From: an uncultured Pseudomonadota bacterium
GTDB taxonomy: Bacteria > Vulcanimicrobiota > Vulcanimicrobiia > Eremiobacterales > Eremiobacteraceae
Assembly (NCBI GenBank): GCA_963736005.1
Contig: CAVTNB010000001.1
Span: 384,001 to 448,000 of the forward strand
Direction: 5' to 3'
DNA: 64,000 nt
In this document: positions 49,036 through 58,489 of the stretch, one piece after another
Position numbering within the stretch: position 1 is the first letter of the stretch
Layout of the letters: each line of letters begins with the position of its first letter
Notes under the pieces: generated by a model
The model's database searches: none
What the model was told of the DNA's origin: nothing
The model's input: only the letters and a program-made list of their open reading frames with translations
Program-made: the position numbers and the translations under genes

Positions 49036-50520
49036 TCACCCAACCGCCGCGGGCGTCTTGCGCCGTTCAATATGATTTGCTATGTCTCGATACGTCGGCT
49101 CGATGCCAATCAGTTTCTCGCGCCAAGCGGTCGCAGCTCGGAGGTCGCCCTTGTTCTCAGCCAGACGCCCTAGGTTGTAGAGCGTTTCATTGTAGTGCAG
49201 CTTGCTCAGACCTGGCATCGTCAGTGCCTGAGCGAGTTTGCTCTCCGCTTCGTCGTAGTGCCGGCTGCCGGCAAGGTGCAGCGCCTCGATGTTCTGAGCG
49301 AGAGCTTTGCCATGTTTGGTCCGGCTGAGCCCCGCGGCAATGCGCAGCACGTCAACGTACCGTTTCATCTCGAGCAGCGCCAAGGCGACGAGGTAGGCAA
49401 TGAAGGGATCGGTTTGTTTCCCCTCCATTGCCCGGTTGAGAAATGTCAGCGCTCCCTTGGTATCACCTGATTCGCCTAGGCTCTGACCGATCACCAGCCG
49501 ATAGTAGCCCGGTGTTGGGCTCGCCATCGCTCGCGACCACCACGACCGAACGAGCTTGTCGACTCCACCTGTGTGCAGCAGCTGGGCCGCTTCGACAGCT
49601 TCGGTGGACGACAAGAGGCCCTGCGCGGCCAAAAGCTCGAGCATCGCGAGCGTTCCCTCATAACGCGCCGGCGCATCGGAAGGGGTCACAGGGGCATCGG
49701 GTTGCTTCTGGTGCGCGCTCGCGACACCTGCGCCCGATGCGACGGCGTTCGCTACCTCCGCCGAACCCGTGCACAGTTGGTCGATCCTCGCAAGCTGCTT
49801 CGCAATCGTCTCAGCGCTGCGCTCGCGATCCTTGGCCAATTGTTCCAGGGCATTTGCCGCAGACTCCACCTGCGCTTTGCGAGTCTGAAGACCCGCCACG
49901 AGCTCGCGCAGCTCGTCCGCGCCCATAATGTGCTGCTTGTCTTTTTCCGCGCGGTCGACCGCCTCGGCGATGCGACACACCCGCGCGGCCATGCCATCGG
50001 CTGCTGTGTCAAGGTCCTTGGCCTTCGATCCGATGTCGGCAAGCTGCGCGTCCGCTCCAGCCGCGGATTGACGGATCGAGTCGAGCACCGTGCGCAAACT
50101 TGTCGCTTCGCGCGCGATGGAAGCGAAAAGTCCCTTCACCGTGCGCACTTCTTCTTCAATCGCGCTCAACGCCAAACGAGAAGAATCAATTTCGGTCCCT
50201 AAACTGCTCGCCGCGCGTTCTCTTTCCCCCGCGAACGCATCGACGTGCGCGAGCAGGTCTTCCATCTGAGCAAACGCTTCCGCACGTTTGGTTGCCAGTT
50301 CCTCAAGCGCGTCATCCTCGCGAAGCTTTGCCTGGAGAGTCTCCTCGAGTTGTCTGCGCAGATCGAGAACGCTCGATTCAAGCGAAACACTTTGCTCCTG
50401 CAGCGAAGCAATTGCCTCGGTAGCTACTGCAAGTTCGTCTTGCAGTAGCTGTCGCCGCCGCTGCGTCTCAATAACTGAAGCCGCCACCCGCTCAAGAGCG
50501 GGCGTTAGTTCGGTGTCCAT
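49036..50520 (-). CDS. Coiled-coil + TPR protein
   Basis: About 250 aa heptad-rich region, then TPR-like helices (LYNLGRLAE..GD...A). Confidence 0.75.
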   Translation of the reverse strand: MDTELTPALERVAASVIETQRRRQLLQDELAVATEAIASLQEQSVSLESSVLDLRRQLEETLQAKLREDDALEELATKRAEAFAQMEDLLAHVDAFAGERERAASSLGTEIDSSRLALSAIEEEVRTVKGLFASIAREATSLRTVLDSIRQSAAGADAQLADIGSKAKDLDTAADGMAARVCRIAEAVDRAEKDKQHIMGADELRELVAGLQTRKAQVESAANALEQLAKDRERSAETIAKQLARIDQLCTGSAEVANAVASGAGVASAHQKQPDAPVTPSDAPARYEGTLAMLELLAAQGLLSSTEAVEAAQLLHTGGVDKLVRSWWSRAMASPTPGYYRLVIGQSLGESGDTKGALTFLNRAMEGKQTDPFIAYLVALALLEMKRYVDVLRIAAGLSRTKHGKALAQNIEALHLAGSRHYDEAESKLAQALTMPGLSKLHYNETLYNLGRLAENKGDLRAATAWREKLIGIEPTYRDIANHIERRKTPAAVG

Positions 50521-50579
50521 TGTGTATATCTAACCATAGCGTGACGGACCGGAACAGCCCGAGCCGTCTGATTTGAGTC

Positions 50580-51791
50580 TTAAGACCTAACGGCCTGCGG
50601 CTGGGGCTGCACCTGCACGCCGAGTCGCACAATCGCCGGAGCTAGCGCCAGACCCTGCACGATAATCGTGAAAAGCACGACCGAAAAGACCATCGAGACG
50701 AGTAAATCGCGTTGCGGGAACCCGCTCGGCAGGCTCAGGGCGAGAGCCATGGAGAGCGCGCCGCGGAGGCCGCCTAAGGCGAAGATGTGCTGCCAGGACG
50801 CAGCCAGCCGGTGCCCGAGGAGCGCGGAAAGACCGCTGAGCCCATAGACCGAGATAACGCGTGAGAGCGCCACGGCGGCGATGGCCCAACCAGTCGCTAC
50901 CCGCGTCGAGTACATCTCAGCCAGATTGAGCGAGAGTCCGACGAGCAAGAAGAGCATGGAGTTTGCCGCGAAAGCGATGAATTCCCAAAGCTGATTGACT
51001 GACCGCCTCGTGGTGGTAAAGGAGCCCATCTGGGTACCCACCCGAGAGACGAGCATTCCGGCCACGATGACCGCGATGAGCCCCGAGACTCCCAACCTAT
51101 CCGCCACATAATAGGACCCGTAGGCAACGATCAGCGTTCCCATGGCCTCGACCATGTAATCGTCGGTGAGTCGGAGCACGAGCAGGCCGCCCAGCCCCAC
51201 GACCACGCCGACCAAAGCACCTCCGACAAGCAATTCGAGGAATTCGATGAACGGTTGCGCTGCGGATGCGTGCGTCGTCGCGATGGACACCAAGAGAGTT
51301 ACTTTGAAAGCCACGACTGCTGTCGCGTCGTTAAAGAGGCTCTCTCCTTCGACGATGGCTGCGAGTTGACGATTTGCATTGAGAGAGCGAAAGACGGCGA
51401 GAACCGCCACGGGATCGGTCGCGGAAACCATGGCGCCAAACAGAAGCGCAGTCTGCCATGGAAGTCCCGCAAACCGCACGAGCACAATCCACGACACGGC
51501 CATGCAAATCAACACGCCGAGCGTGGCGAGGAGCGCGATCGGAAGCCAGTGCCTTCGCATCTCGCTCAGTGGGGCGGTCCAAGCTCCCGCAAACAAAAGC
51601 GCAGGTAAGAAAACGAGCATCACGAGGTCGGGCGTCAGGGCGATCCTCGGGTGACCGGGCACCAGACCAATGATAAGGCCCGCAATCACCAAACCAACAG
51701 TATACGGCACGCGCGAGTGCCGCGCGCCGATCGCCACCGCGAGGACGACAATGAAGAGAACGAGCAGGTCCGCAAAGGTTGAGCCGTGCGT
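50580..51791 (-). CDS. CPA1 Na+/H+ antiporter (probable ACG start)
   Basis: FLPALLF, SATDPVAV, EGESLFND, GGLRGALS; TM1 lies upstream of the first canonical start. Confidence 0.9.
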   Translation of the reverse strand, partial: THGSTFADLLVLFIVVLAVAIGARHSRVPYTVGLVIAGLIIGLVPGHPRIALTPDLVMLVFLPALLFAGAWTAPLSEMRRHWLPIALLATLGVLICMAVSWIVLVRFAGLPWQTALLFGAMVSATDPVAVLAVFRSLNANRQLAAIVEGESLFNDATAVVAFKVTLLVSIATTHASAAQPFIEFLELLVGGALVGVVVGLGGLLVLRLTDDYMVEAMGTLIVAYGSYYVADRLGVSGLIAVIVAGMLVSRVGTQMGSFTTTRRSVNQLWEFIAFAANSMLFLLVGLSLNLAEMYSTRVATGWAIAAVALSRVISVYGLSGLSALLGHRLAASWQHIFALGGLRGALSMALALSLPSGFPQRDLLVSMVFSVVLFTIIVQGLALAPAIVRLGVQVQPQPQAVRS

Positions 51792-51795
51792 TTGA

Positions 51796-51987
51796 CTATC
51801 CTCGAAGCGTCTTTACAAAAACGTAAACGACGAGTCCCACAGCCGCGATCGAATAGATTCGCAAGATCCAGAGCGCGACCATCGCCAAGAGCCCAAGACG
51901 CGCCCGAGGCAGGGGTTGGCGCAGTGCGGCGCTGCGCTGTTCTGGCTCGAGGACGGAGGTATCGATATTCCCTCGGTCTTTTGTCAT
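51796..51987 (-). CDS. Small membrane protein associated with the NRAMP-like transporter
   Basis: 63 aa; LW.LRIY motif; starts 2 nt after the transporter stop. Confidence 0.7.
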   Translation of the reverse strand: MTKDRGNIDTSVLEPEQRSAALRQPLPRARLGLLAMVALWILRIYSIAAVGLVVYVFVKTLRG

Positions 51988-51989
51988 GA

Positions 51990-53342
51990 TCAGGTTCCTA
52001 ACAGATGAGGAAAGACGGTGAGCAGACCATACAACGCTCCCACGAGGGTAATGCCAACGACAATTGCCCCTGCAACGAGATTTTGGCCGACCGTGTTTGC
52101 CAAGCTCCCGACAATAGCGCGATCGTTGCTGAGGAGGAGCAAGAGCAACAATGCCGGCGCCATGAGCATCGTCGCGATGACGTTCACGGTAATCGTAATG
52201 GCAATCAAGGGCGCGTGGGGCAAGAGGACGACCGCCGCCGCAAGTATGGTAGACGCGATGGCGGTGGCATAGAATAAGGATCCTTGCGGGAAGTCGAGAT
52301 TAAGGCTGTGGCCGCGGTGGAACACCTCGCCGAATGCGTACGCTGAACTGGTGGAGATCGTCATCGCAGCTACGAGACCAGCTTCCATCAGAGCGAGCGC
52401 AAAGAGCGAGGCGCCCACCGAACCGATGAACGGGCGTAGAGCCGAGGCAAAATCTGCGCCTCCGTTGATCTGAGATGCCTGGACGCCGTGCTGGTGGAGG
52501 ACGGCGCACGTCACGAGACAGGCGACTGCTGCTATTGCCGCAAGAACCGCGCCAAGGGCCGTGTCCACGCGACCTTGCGGTATGTCGACGCGCGTCATTC
52601 CCTTGTCGGCGGTGGCGCTTTGCTGGAAGAACAGCATCCACGGGGTTACCGTTGCGCCGATGTTTGCCATGATCAGCGTAAAAAACGCTAGGCTGGCACC
52701 CCCGGGGATTGGCTGCCAAGTAATGAGCGCTCTTTGCAGAGCGTGGTAATCTGGGTGGGCAAGCAAGGCGGTCGGGACGAAGAGCAAATTGGCAAGAGCC
52801 AAAAGCAAGACGCTACGTTCCCACGTGCGGTAGCGCCTGGTCGACATCGCGACCGCAACAATCGCCACGCCAACCGCAACGGCAATCCATCCCGGTATAC
52901 CAAAATATGCGGCACCAGCCCGGATTGCGATGAACTCCGTGATCAGCGTCAGGATGTTCCCCACCACGAGATCGGACATCGCGAAGTATCCCCAAAATGG
53001 GCCAAAGCGGTCGAAGATAAGCTCAGCGTGCCCGCGGTGAGTCGCGGCCCCCAGGCGCACGGTCATTTCCTGGACCACAAAGGCCATAACAAACGTGAGC
53101 AGGATGAACGGAACGAAAAAACCGATGCCGTACGACACGCCCGTCACGGCGTACGAGAGCATGCTTGGGCCATCGTTCTCGCCCAGCATGACTAAAATGC
53201 CCGGCCCAATCAGCAGAATAAGCAGCCGCACCACGTGTCCGCCCGAGCGGGCGTCTCGCACACCGACCCGATCCCTCGCGCGCAGGAGATCTTCGCGGCT
53301 TGGGACCCACGCTTGATCCGAGCGGCCGGCGACGTCTGCCAC
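51990..53342 (-). CDS. NRAMP-related divalent metal transporter
   Basis: GPGILVMLGENDGPSM, QEMTVRLG, GATVTPWMLFFQQS; about 11 TM helices. Confidence 0.88.
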   Translation of the reverse strand: MADVAGRSDQAWVPSREDLLRARDRVGVRDARSGGHVVRLLILLIGPGILVMLGENDGPSMLSYAVTGVSYGIGFFVPFILLTFVMAFVVQEMTVRLGAATHRGHAELIFDRFGPFWGYFAMSDLVVGNILTLITEFIAIRAGAAYFGIPGWIAVAVGVAIVAVAMSTRRYRTWERSVLLLALANLLFVPTALLAHPDYHALQRALITWQPIPGGASLAFFTLIMANIGATVTPWMLFFQQSATADKGMTRVDIPQGRVDTALGAVLAAIAAVACLVTCAVLHQHGVQASQINGGADFASALRPFIGSVGASLFALALMEAGLVAAMTISTSSAYAFGEVFHRGHSLNLDFPQGSLFYATAIASTILAAAVVLLPHAPLIAITITVNVIATMLMAPALLLLLLLSNDRAIVGSLANTVGQNLVAGAIVVGITLVGALYGLLTVFPHLLGT

Positions 53343-53345
53343 GCG

Positions 53346-54038
53346 CTACCTTGTGGGTCTTTCGCGCTTGCCGCGCGCGCAACGAATGCCATCCACTGCG
53401 CGGCGCGACAATCCAATCTCGTCCCGACCGACGCGAACGCGTAAGCCATCTTGGCGGCGACCGATCACGGTCACGCACTGGCCCGGCAACACCCCATGCG
53501 CCGATAACTCGCGCACGACACGCGCATCGCGGTCATCAATGCTCGTGACCGTCACGCGTTCGCCAATCTTTGCTCGTGCGAGGACATCGTCCGCTACCGG
53601 TGTCTTTCGGATTCCGGCCGGGATTCGATGACCGTGGGGATCGGCCACCGGATACGCAAGAAACGTCGCCAAACGCGCAGATACATCATCGGAAATCGCA
53701 TGCTCGATGCGCTCCGCTTCGGAATGAACGCGATCCAACGGCATTTGTAAAGTCCTATAGAGAAAGGTCTCTACCAACCGATGACGTCGCACCATGCGCA
53801 CCGCCAGTGCTTTGCCTTTCTTGGTCAAGCGCAAGGCATCGTTGCGCGCGACCGAGTGCTCGAGCAACTTTTCCTGTTCGAGCATGCGCTTGAACTTGCT
53901 GACGGAAGCGCGGCTAACGCCGAGAGAGCGGGCCAGATCTGCCGCGCGGACGGCCTTGCGCTCGCCAAGTTGGTAAATGCCTTTGATATAATCCTGGCGC
54001 GCTCGTTCCGGCGAACGATCTCCGCCAATGTTAACCAT
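53346..54038 (-). CDS. mntR: DtxR/MntR metal-dependent repressor with FeoA domain
   Basis: DYIKGIY, RRHRLVE.FL, EAERIEH, DPHGH.IP. Confidence 0.9.
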   Translation of the reverse strand: MVNIGGDRSPERARQDYIKGIYQLGERKAVRAADLARSLGVSRASVSKFKRMLEQEKLLEHSVARNDALRLTKKGKALAVRMVRRHRLVETFLYRTLQMPLDRVHSEAERIEHAISDDVSARLATFLAYPVADPHGHRIPAGIRKTPVADDVLARAKIGERVTVTSIDDRDARVVRELSAHGVLPGQCVTVIGRRQDGLRVRVGRDEIGLSRRAVDGIRCARGKRERPTR

Positions 54039-54046
54039 GGTTGACA
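54029..54046. promoter_or_regulatory. 18-bp palindrome, candidate DtxR/MntR operator
   Basis: TGTTAACCATGGTTGACA (one mismatch) covering the regulator start codon. Confidence 0.6.
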
Positions 54047-54151
54047 ATTTAAGCGCTTCCCCACCCGCATCCTGCGAATCGAAAAGCCACTGGAAGGGAG
54101 AGCTTGCGGTTGCCAAGGGGACCTGGCCCGCGCGTCGTACTCTGTTGTGAC

Positions 54152-55222
54152 GTGGATCAGCAGCTCGTGCACTCGGTACGGCGATTTTTGTTGGCTGTCG
54201 TGCCGGACGCAGCTGCCAACCTCAAACGTCTTGCCCGTCGCGCTCGGCGCATCGAAGATGCGCAAGCGCGACATGAAGCGCTCTCCAGCATCGCCCTCAA
54301 GGATTTCCACGTCCACGGTGGCTGCATACTCGCGACGTTTCTGCCCAAGGCCGAGGCGCACCATTATGTCGAGCTTGTGGCCACCTTCGAAACAGCGGTC
54401 GACTATTTAGATAATTTGTGCGATCGCACGGGCAGCATCGATGAAATGGATTTCCGAGCGCTGCATGAGTCCTTGCTTGACGCCGTACGACCCAACGCAC
54501 CATTGCGCAATTACTTCCGCTATCGCGCTGCCGACGACAGCGGTTATTTGCACGAGCTCGTTGCACGATCGCAGCGCCTCTTTGCGCAGCTTCCTTCGTA
54601 TCACGTGATCGCCGCCTTTGTCGAGGAGGTGACGGCCCGCTATTGCGAGCTGCAGTCGATCAAACATCTGCCGGCCGGTGAACGAGAGGAGCGCTGCCGC
54701 GCGGCCTTTGGAGCCATTGCCTCAGACATGAGCTGGTGGGAAGGAGCGGCCGCGTGTGGTTCGACGATGCCAACCTTCGCGTTGGCTTTTGGCGCGATCC
54801 GATCGTGCGATGCGGCGCGCGCGAGAGAGCTCTATGAAGCCTACTTTCCTTGGATCTCGGGCTTCCATATCTTGCTAGATTATTTCATCGACCAAGAGGA
54901 AGACCGCGAGCACGGCGAGCTGAACTTTGTTGCCTGCTATGGCGACCGGCAATCAGCTCGAGAAGGAATGCAGCGTGTGGGCGCGCAGTCGCTTGCGCGC
55001 GCGCGAGCGACGTCCGATCCCGAGCATCATACATTTGCAGTCCGCGCGATGTGTGGCTTCTACTGCACGCGCAAGAGAGTTGCCGATCAGGGCCTTGGCG
55101 ATGATGCCGCGGCCATCGCGTCTGCGGTGAATATCGATCTTGGCGAGATGCCTTGGCGACCCGGCGGCAACTCGGTCCTTGGCCCCTTGCTTTCCCTGTA
55201 TCAAAGGATGATTCGCGTCTGA
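54152..55222 (+). CDS. ytpB: Tetraprenyl-beta-curcumene synthase family (YtpB/DUF2600) terpene cyclase
   Basis: K.FHVHGG, DYLDNLCDR, YCELQSIKH, WWE.AAACGST, YFPWISGFHILLDYFIDQEED...GELNF. Confidence 0.85.
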   Translation: MDQQLVHSVRRFLLAVVPDAAANLKRLARRARRIEDAQARHEALSSIALKDFHVHGGCILATFLPKAEAHHYVELVATFETAVDYLDNLCDRTGSIDEMDFRALHESLLDAVRPNAPLRNYFRYRAADDSGYLHELVARSQRLFAQLPSYHVIAAFVEEVTARYCELQSIKHLPAGEREERCRAAFGAIASDMSWWEGAAACGSTMPTFALAFGAIRSCDAARARELYEAYFPWISGFHILLDYFIDQEEDREHGELNFVACYGDRQSAREGMQRVGAQSLARARATSDPEHHTFAVRAMCGFYCTRKRVADQGLGDDAAAIASAVNIDLGEMPWRPGGNSVLGPLLSLYQRMIRV

Positions 55223-55240
55223 CGCGTGCTTTTCGCCTTC

Positions 55241-55249
55241 ATGGTATAA
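55241..55249 (+). promoter_or_regulatory. Extended -10 promoter of rnpB
   Basis: TGGTATAAT just upstream of the P1 helix. Confidence 0.75.
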
Positions 55250-55253
55250 TGAG

Positions 55254-55633
55254 GTGCCGAGCGCGCTGGGCGACCGCGGGTGGCGAGCAATCGCAGCCTG
55301 AGGAAAGTCCGGGCTCCGCAGGGCAAGGGTGCCAGCTAACGGCTGGTCGGGGCGACTCGAAGGAAAGTGCCACAGAAACAAACCGCCGCAGAGCGTTTGC
55401 TGTGCGGTAAGGGTGAAATGGTGCGGTAAGAGCGCACCGGCGGGATCGAGAGATGCCGGCCGGGCAAACCCCACCCGGAGCAAGACCGTCGGGAATTGCT
55501 GGCAACAGCACGGGCGGCCCGCCTGAACCGACAACACGTCGCACGAGGTACTTGGCAACGGGTACCCAGAGAGAGATGGTCGCCATCGCTCTTGTAGCGT
55601 TACAGAATCCGGCTTACAGGCGCGCCTCGGCAT
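55254..55633 (+). ncRNA. rnpB: RNase P RNA, bacterial class A
   Basis: GAGGAAAGTCCGGGCTC, GGAAAGTGCCACAGAAA, GGGTGAAATGGTGCGGTAAGAGCGCACC, ACAGAATCCGGCTTA; terminal GTGCCGAG/CTCGGCAT pairing. Confidence 0.97.
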
Positions 55634-55642
55634 GTTCGCGCA

Positions 55643-55693
55643 CGCGCGAATAAATTCGCGCGACCATGGGGCGATTTTCCAATCGCCCTCTAC
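55643..55693 (-). repeat. GTAG-type REP element plus adjacent palindrome
   Basis: GTAGAGGGCGATTGGAAAATCGCCCC (55693-55668) next to CGCGCGAATTTATTCGCGCG (55662-55643). Confidence 0.7.
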
Positions 55694-56091
55694 GCACCGG
55701 GATGTGTTAGCTCATCGATGGGTTTGCGCCAGGCAAAGCCCTCGTCCATGCGGTGCCAGTATTCGATCGACGGCTCTCCAAACTTCCAACACAGGTTGAT
55801 CAACGCTCCATTGGCGATCGATGGAAAGTCGACCAGTCCTAAGTCCACGTCTTTGACGACGCATCCTAATGTGTGGAGCTTTTCAATCAGCGCAATCACT
55901 CGCTCTTGTAAGACGCCTGCGTTTTGCGCCAGCGTTGTTTGCAAACGCCCTGAGGTTGACCGCTCGCGTTGCAGCGCTTCCAGCTCGAGGTGCGCCACGG
56001 CCGTCTCACGACGCACCTGAAGCAGTTCGCCCATAAGCGAACTTACCTTGGGAAGGAGCGCGTTTGCTTGGGCGAGCCCAAAGGTCCTCAT
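55690..56091 (-). CDS. DUF2203 family protein
   Basis: F...ANALLP, VKDVDLGLVDFP, LCWKFGE..I.YWH..DEGF..R.PI. Confidence 0.9.
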   Translation of the reverse strand: MRTFGLAQANALLPKVSSLMGELLQVRRETAVAHLELEALQRERSTSGRLQTTLAQNAGVLQERVIALIEKLHTLGCVVKDVDLGLVDFPSIANGALINLCWKFGEPSIEYWHRMDEGFAWRKPIDELTHPGA

Positions 56092-56199
56092 ACGACGCTG
56101 TCTTTGGCCCGCGCCCCGTTGGAGGCCTGCGGATGCGGTCAAACCGTGCTGCGCACGTAGCCAGCGGGGTCGGCGAGTAACAAGCGCCAATACTAGATC

Positions 56200-57111
56200 G
56201 TGGACCCTTCGACCACTGCGCGCGCACCTCACCACCTCCCGAAACCAGCACCCGCCGGAGTTCACTTTGTCATTGTCACCGGACTCTCGGGCGCCGGCAA
56301 GAGCCAAGCCGCAAAATGCCTCGAGGACCTCGGGTACTTTTGTGTCGACAACCTCCCGCCCAGCCTGATCCCAAAGTTCGCCGAGCTTTGTCGCGTCAGC
56401 CCAAATCTGCGCAACGTCGCCGTCGTTTTGGACATTCGTGGCGAAGAGATGTTTGGCGATTTGCTCGGGAACTTGAGGATGCTCGAACGCGATCACATTC
56501 CGCACCGGGTTGTCTTTCTCGATGCGAGCGACGCCGTCTTGGTCAGACGTTTTTCGGAGACGCGCCGAAAGCATCCGCTCTCCGATCGCGGCCGCGTGAG
56601 CGATAGCATCGCCGCCGAGCGGGAAGAACTCAAACCCATCCGCGACGCAGCCGACGTGATTATCGATACCTCTGCTCTGACGCTCTCGGCGCTCAAAGAA
56701 AAGCTCGCTCACGCAGTCAGCGGCATCGCGGACGAACGCATGATGAGCGCGTCGGTTGTCGCCTTCGGCTACAAATATGGCGTGCCGCTCGATGCGGACC
56801 TTGTGTTTGACGTGCGCTTTTTGCCGAACCCGAATTACGTGCCCGAGCTGCAGCCACTCACCGGCGACCATCAGGCCGTGATCGACTATCTCGACAAGTC
56901 ACCCGAGGTGACGGCGTTCAAAGAGAAGCTCAATCAGTTCTTGGACTTCTTATTGCCGCAGTTCTTGCACGAAGGCAAGTCCCATCTGACGATTGGCATT
57001 GGGTGCACTGGCGGACGCCACCGCTCCGTGTACATCGCCAACGAACTCGCGCGTCATTTGCACGCGCAAAGGATTAAAGCGTTTGTCGAACGCCGCGACG
57101 CGCAGCGCTGA
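56200..57111 (+). CDS. rapZ: RNase adapter RapZ (YvcJ)
   Basis: TGLSGAGKS, CVDNLP, RRFSETRRKHP, FDVRFLPNP, GCTGGRHRSV. Confidence 0.96.
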   Translation: MDPSTTARAPHHLPKPAPAGVHFVIVTGLSGAGKSQAAKCLEDLGYFCVDNLPPSLIPKFAELCRVSPNLRNVAVVLDIRGEEMFGDLLGNLRMLERDHIPHRVVFLDASDAVLVRRFSETRRKHPLSDRGRVSDSIAAEREELKPIRDAADVIIDTSALTLSALKEKLAHAVSGIADERMMSASVVAFGYKYGVPLDADLVFDVRFLPNPNYVPELQPLTGDHQAVIDYLDKSPEVTAFKEKLNQFLDFLLPQFLHEGKSHLTIGIGCTGGRHRSVYIANELARHLHAQRIKAFVERRDAQR

Positions 57112-57124
57112 ACAACTGCCGCAG

Positions 57125-58459
57125 GTGCGGCGGTTCTTGACCTGGATGCGCCCGGGCATGAAGCTCAAGCGCTGGATCTTGGTCGCGCTGTTCGGGGCGA
57201 TTCTCATTCTCGATGGGTTCGGGCGAGTGCTCAGGCATTATAATTTTAACTTCCACCTCAACGAGAAGATCGACACCCTCGTTGCCGGCCACGTCCCCGC
57301 CTTTGCGGTGGAAGTCATCTTCATTCTCGGTGGGAGCGCACTCGTTTACTATGGGATCCGCCAATGGATGCGGTCGATCGTCGCGGTCATCAGTCCCAAA
57401 GACGGTAACCGGCTGATCGAAGTCATCTACGAGCGACGGCACCTGGATCGGGGATACCGGCTTGTCGCCATCGGGGGCGGCACAGGGCTGAGCACGATCC
57501 TGCGCGGCCTCAAGCAATACTCGACCAACCTCACGGCGATCGTCACGGTGACCGACGACGGCGGCAGCAGCGGTCGCTTGCGCTCGGAACTTGGAGTTCT
57601 CCCGCCTGGCGACATCCGCAACTGTTTAGTCGCGCTGGCCGACAGTGAATCGATGATGGCGGAGCTCTTCCAGTACCGCTTCAATGAAGGCGACGGTTTG
57701 GTGGGTCATTCCTTTGGCAACCTTTTCATCGCCGCGATGTGCGGCATCGCTGGTGATTTCGATCGCGCCATCAAGGAGAGTAGCCGCGTCCTGGCGATCA
57801 AAGGAAGAGTTCTGCCATCAACGCTCGCTAATGTGTCGCTGGAAGCGACGCTCGAAGATGGAACAACGGTAACGGGCGAGACATCGATTTCTAAATCGTC
57901 GCGTCCGATTCGGCGCGTGCGACTGGTGCCGAGTGCCTGTCAGGCACTCCCCGAAGCACTCGAAGCCATTCTCGCGGCCGATCTCATTATTTTAGGCCCG
58001 GGCAGTCTCTTCACGAGCATCATGCCAAATTTGCTCGTTCCAGGCATTGCCGAAGCCATCGAGCGTTCCAATGCCGCGAAGGTTTTTGTCTGCAACATCA
58101 TGACGCAACCTGGAGAAACCTCGGGGATGACGGCGAGCGATCACGCGCGGGCCATCTTCGAGACGACCGGCCGCGAACTGTTTGACCGAATGCTCATCAA
58201 CACCGGTCAAGCAAATCGCTTGCTGCCGCTGTACGAACGCGATGGGGCATTTCAAGTTTCAGCCGATCTCGAAGCCGTACGGACTCTTGGCTACGTCCCG
58301 CTCACCGGGGATTTCGTAGCCGAAGGACATCAGGTGCGGCACGATACGAACAAGCTCGCGGCTGCGTTGTTCAAAATTCTGGATGAACGCAACGAGCGCT
58401 ATGGGCTCAATGCGCTTCTTGGTACCGCTCCCCGACGCACGTCTCCGATCGGGAGATAG
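57125..58459 (+). CDS. yvcK: Gluconeogenesis factor YvcK (GlmR) with N-terminal TM helices
   Basis: IGGGTGLS, DDGGSSG, PPGDIRNC, GHSFGNL, GPGSLFTS, NIMTQPGET, RHD. Confidence 0.94.
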   Translation: MRRFLTWMRPGMKLKRWILVALFGAILILDGFGRVLRHYNFNFHLNEKIDTLVAGHVPAFAVEVIFILGGSALVYYGIRQWMRSIVAVISPKDGNRLIEVIYERRHLDRGYRLVAIGGGTGLSTILRGLKQYSTNLTAIVTVTDDGGSSGRLRSELGVLPPGDIRNCLVALADSESMMAELFQYRFNEGDGLVGHSFGNLFIAAMCGIAGDFDRAIKESSRVLAIKGRVLPSTLANVSLEATLEDGTTVTGETSISKSSRPIRRVRLVPSACQALPEALEAILAADLIILGPGSLFTSIMPNLLVPGIAEAIERSNAAKVFVCNIMTQPGETSGMTASDHARAIFETTGRELFDRMLINTGQANRLLPLYERDGAFQVSADLEAVRTLGYVPLTGDFVAEGHQVRHDTNKLAAALFKILDERNERYGLNALLGTAPRRTSPIGR

Positions 58460-58463
58460 AAGA

Positions 58464-58489
58464 GGGGCGATTTTCCAATCGCCCCCTAC
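58464..58489 (-). repeat. GTAG-type REP element
   Basis: GTAGGGGGCGATTGGAAAATCGCCCC, near-identical to the copy at 55668-55693. Confidence 0.7.

Noticed and set aside
54953..55653. ORFs overlapping 55.2-55.6 kb
   Set aside because: Shadow ORFs over RNase P RNA
55690..56871. 393-aa minus-strand ORF
   Set aside because: Only the last 133 aa (DUF2203) are credible; the rest is antisense to rapZ
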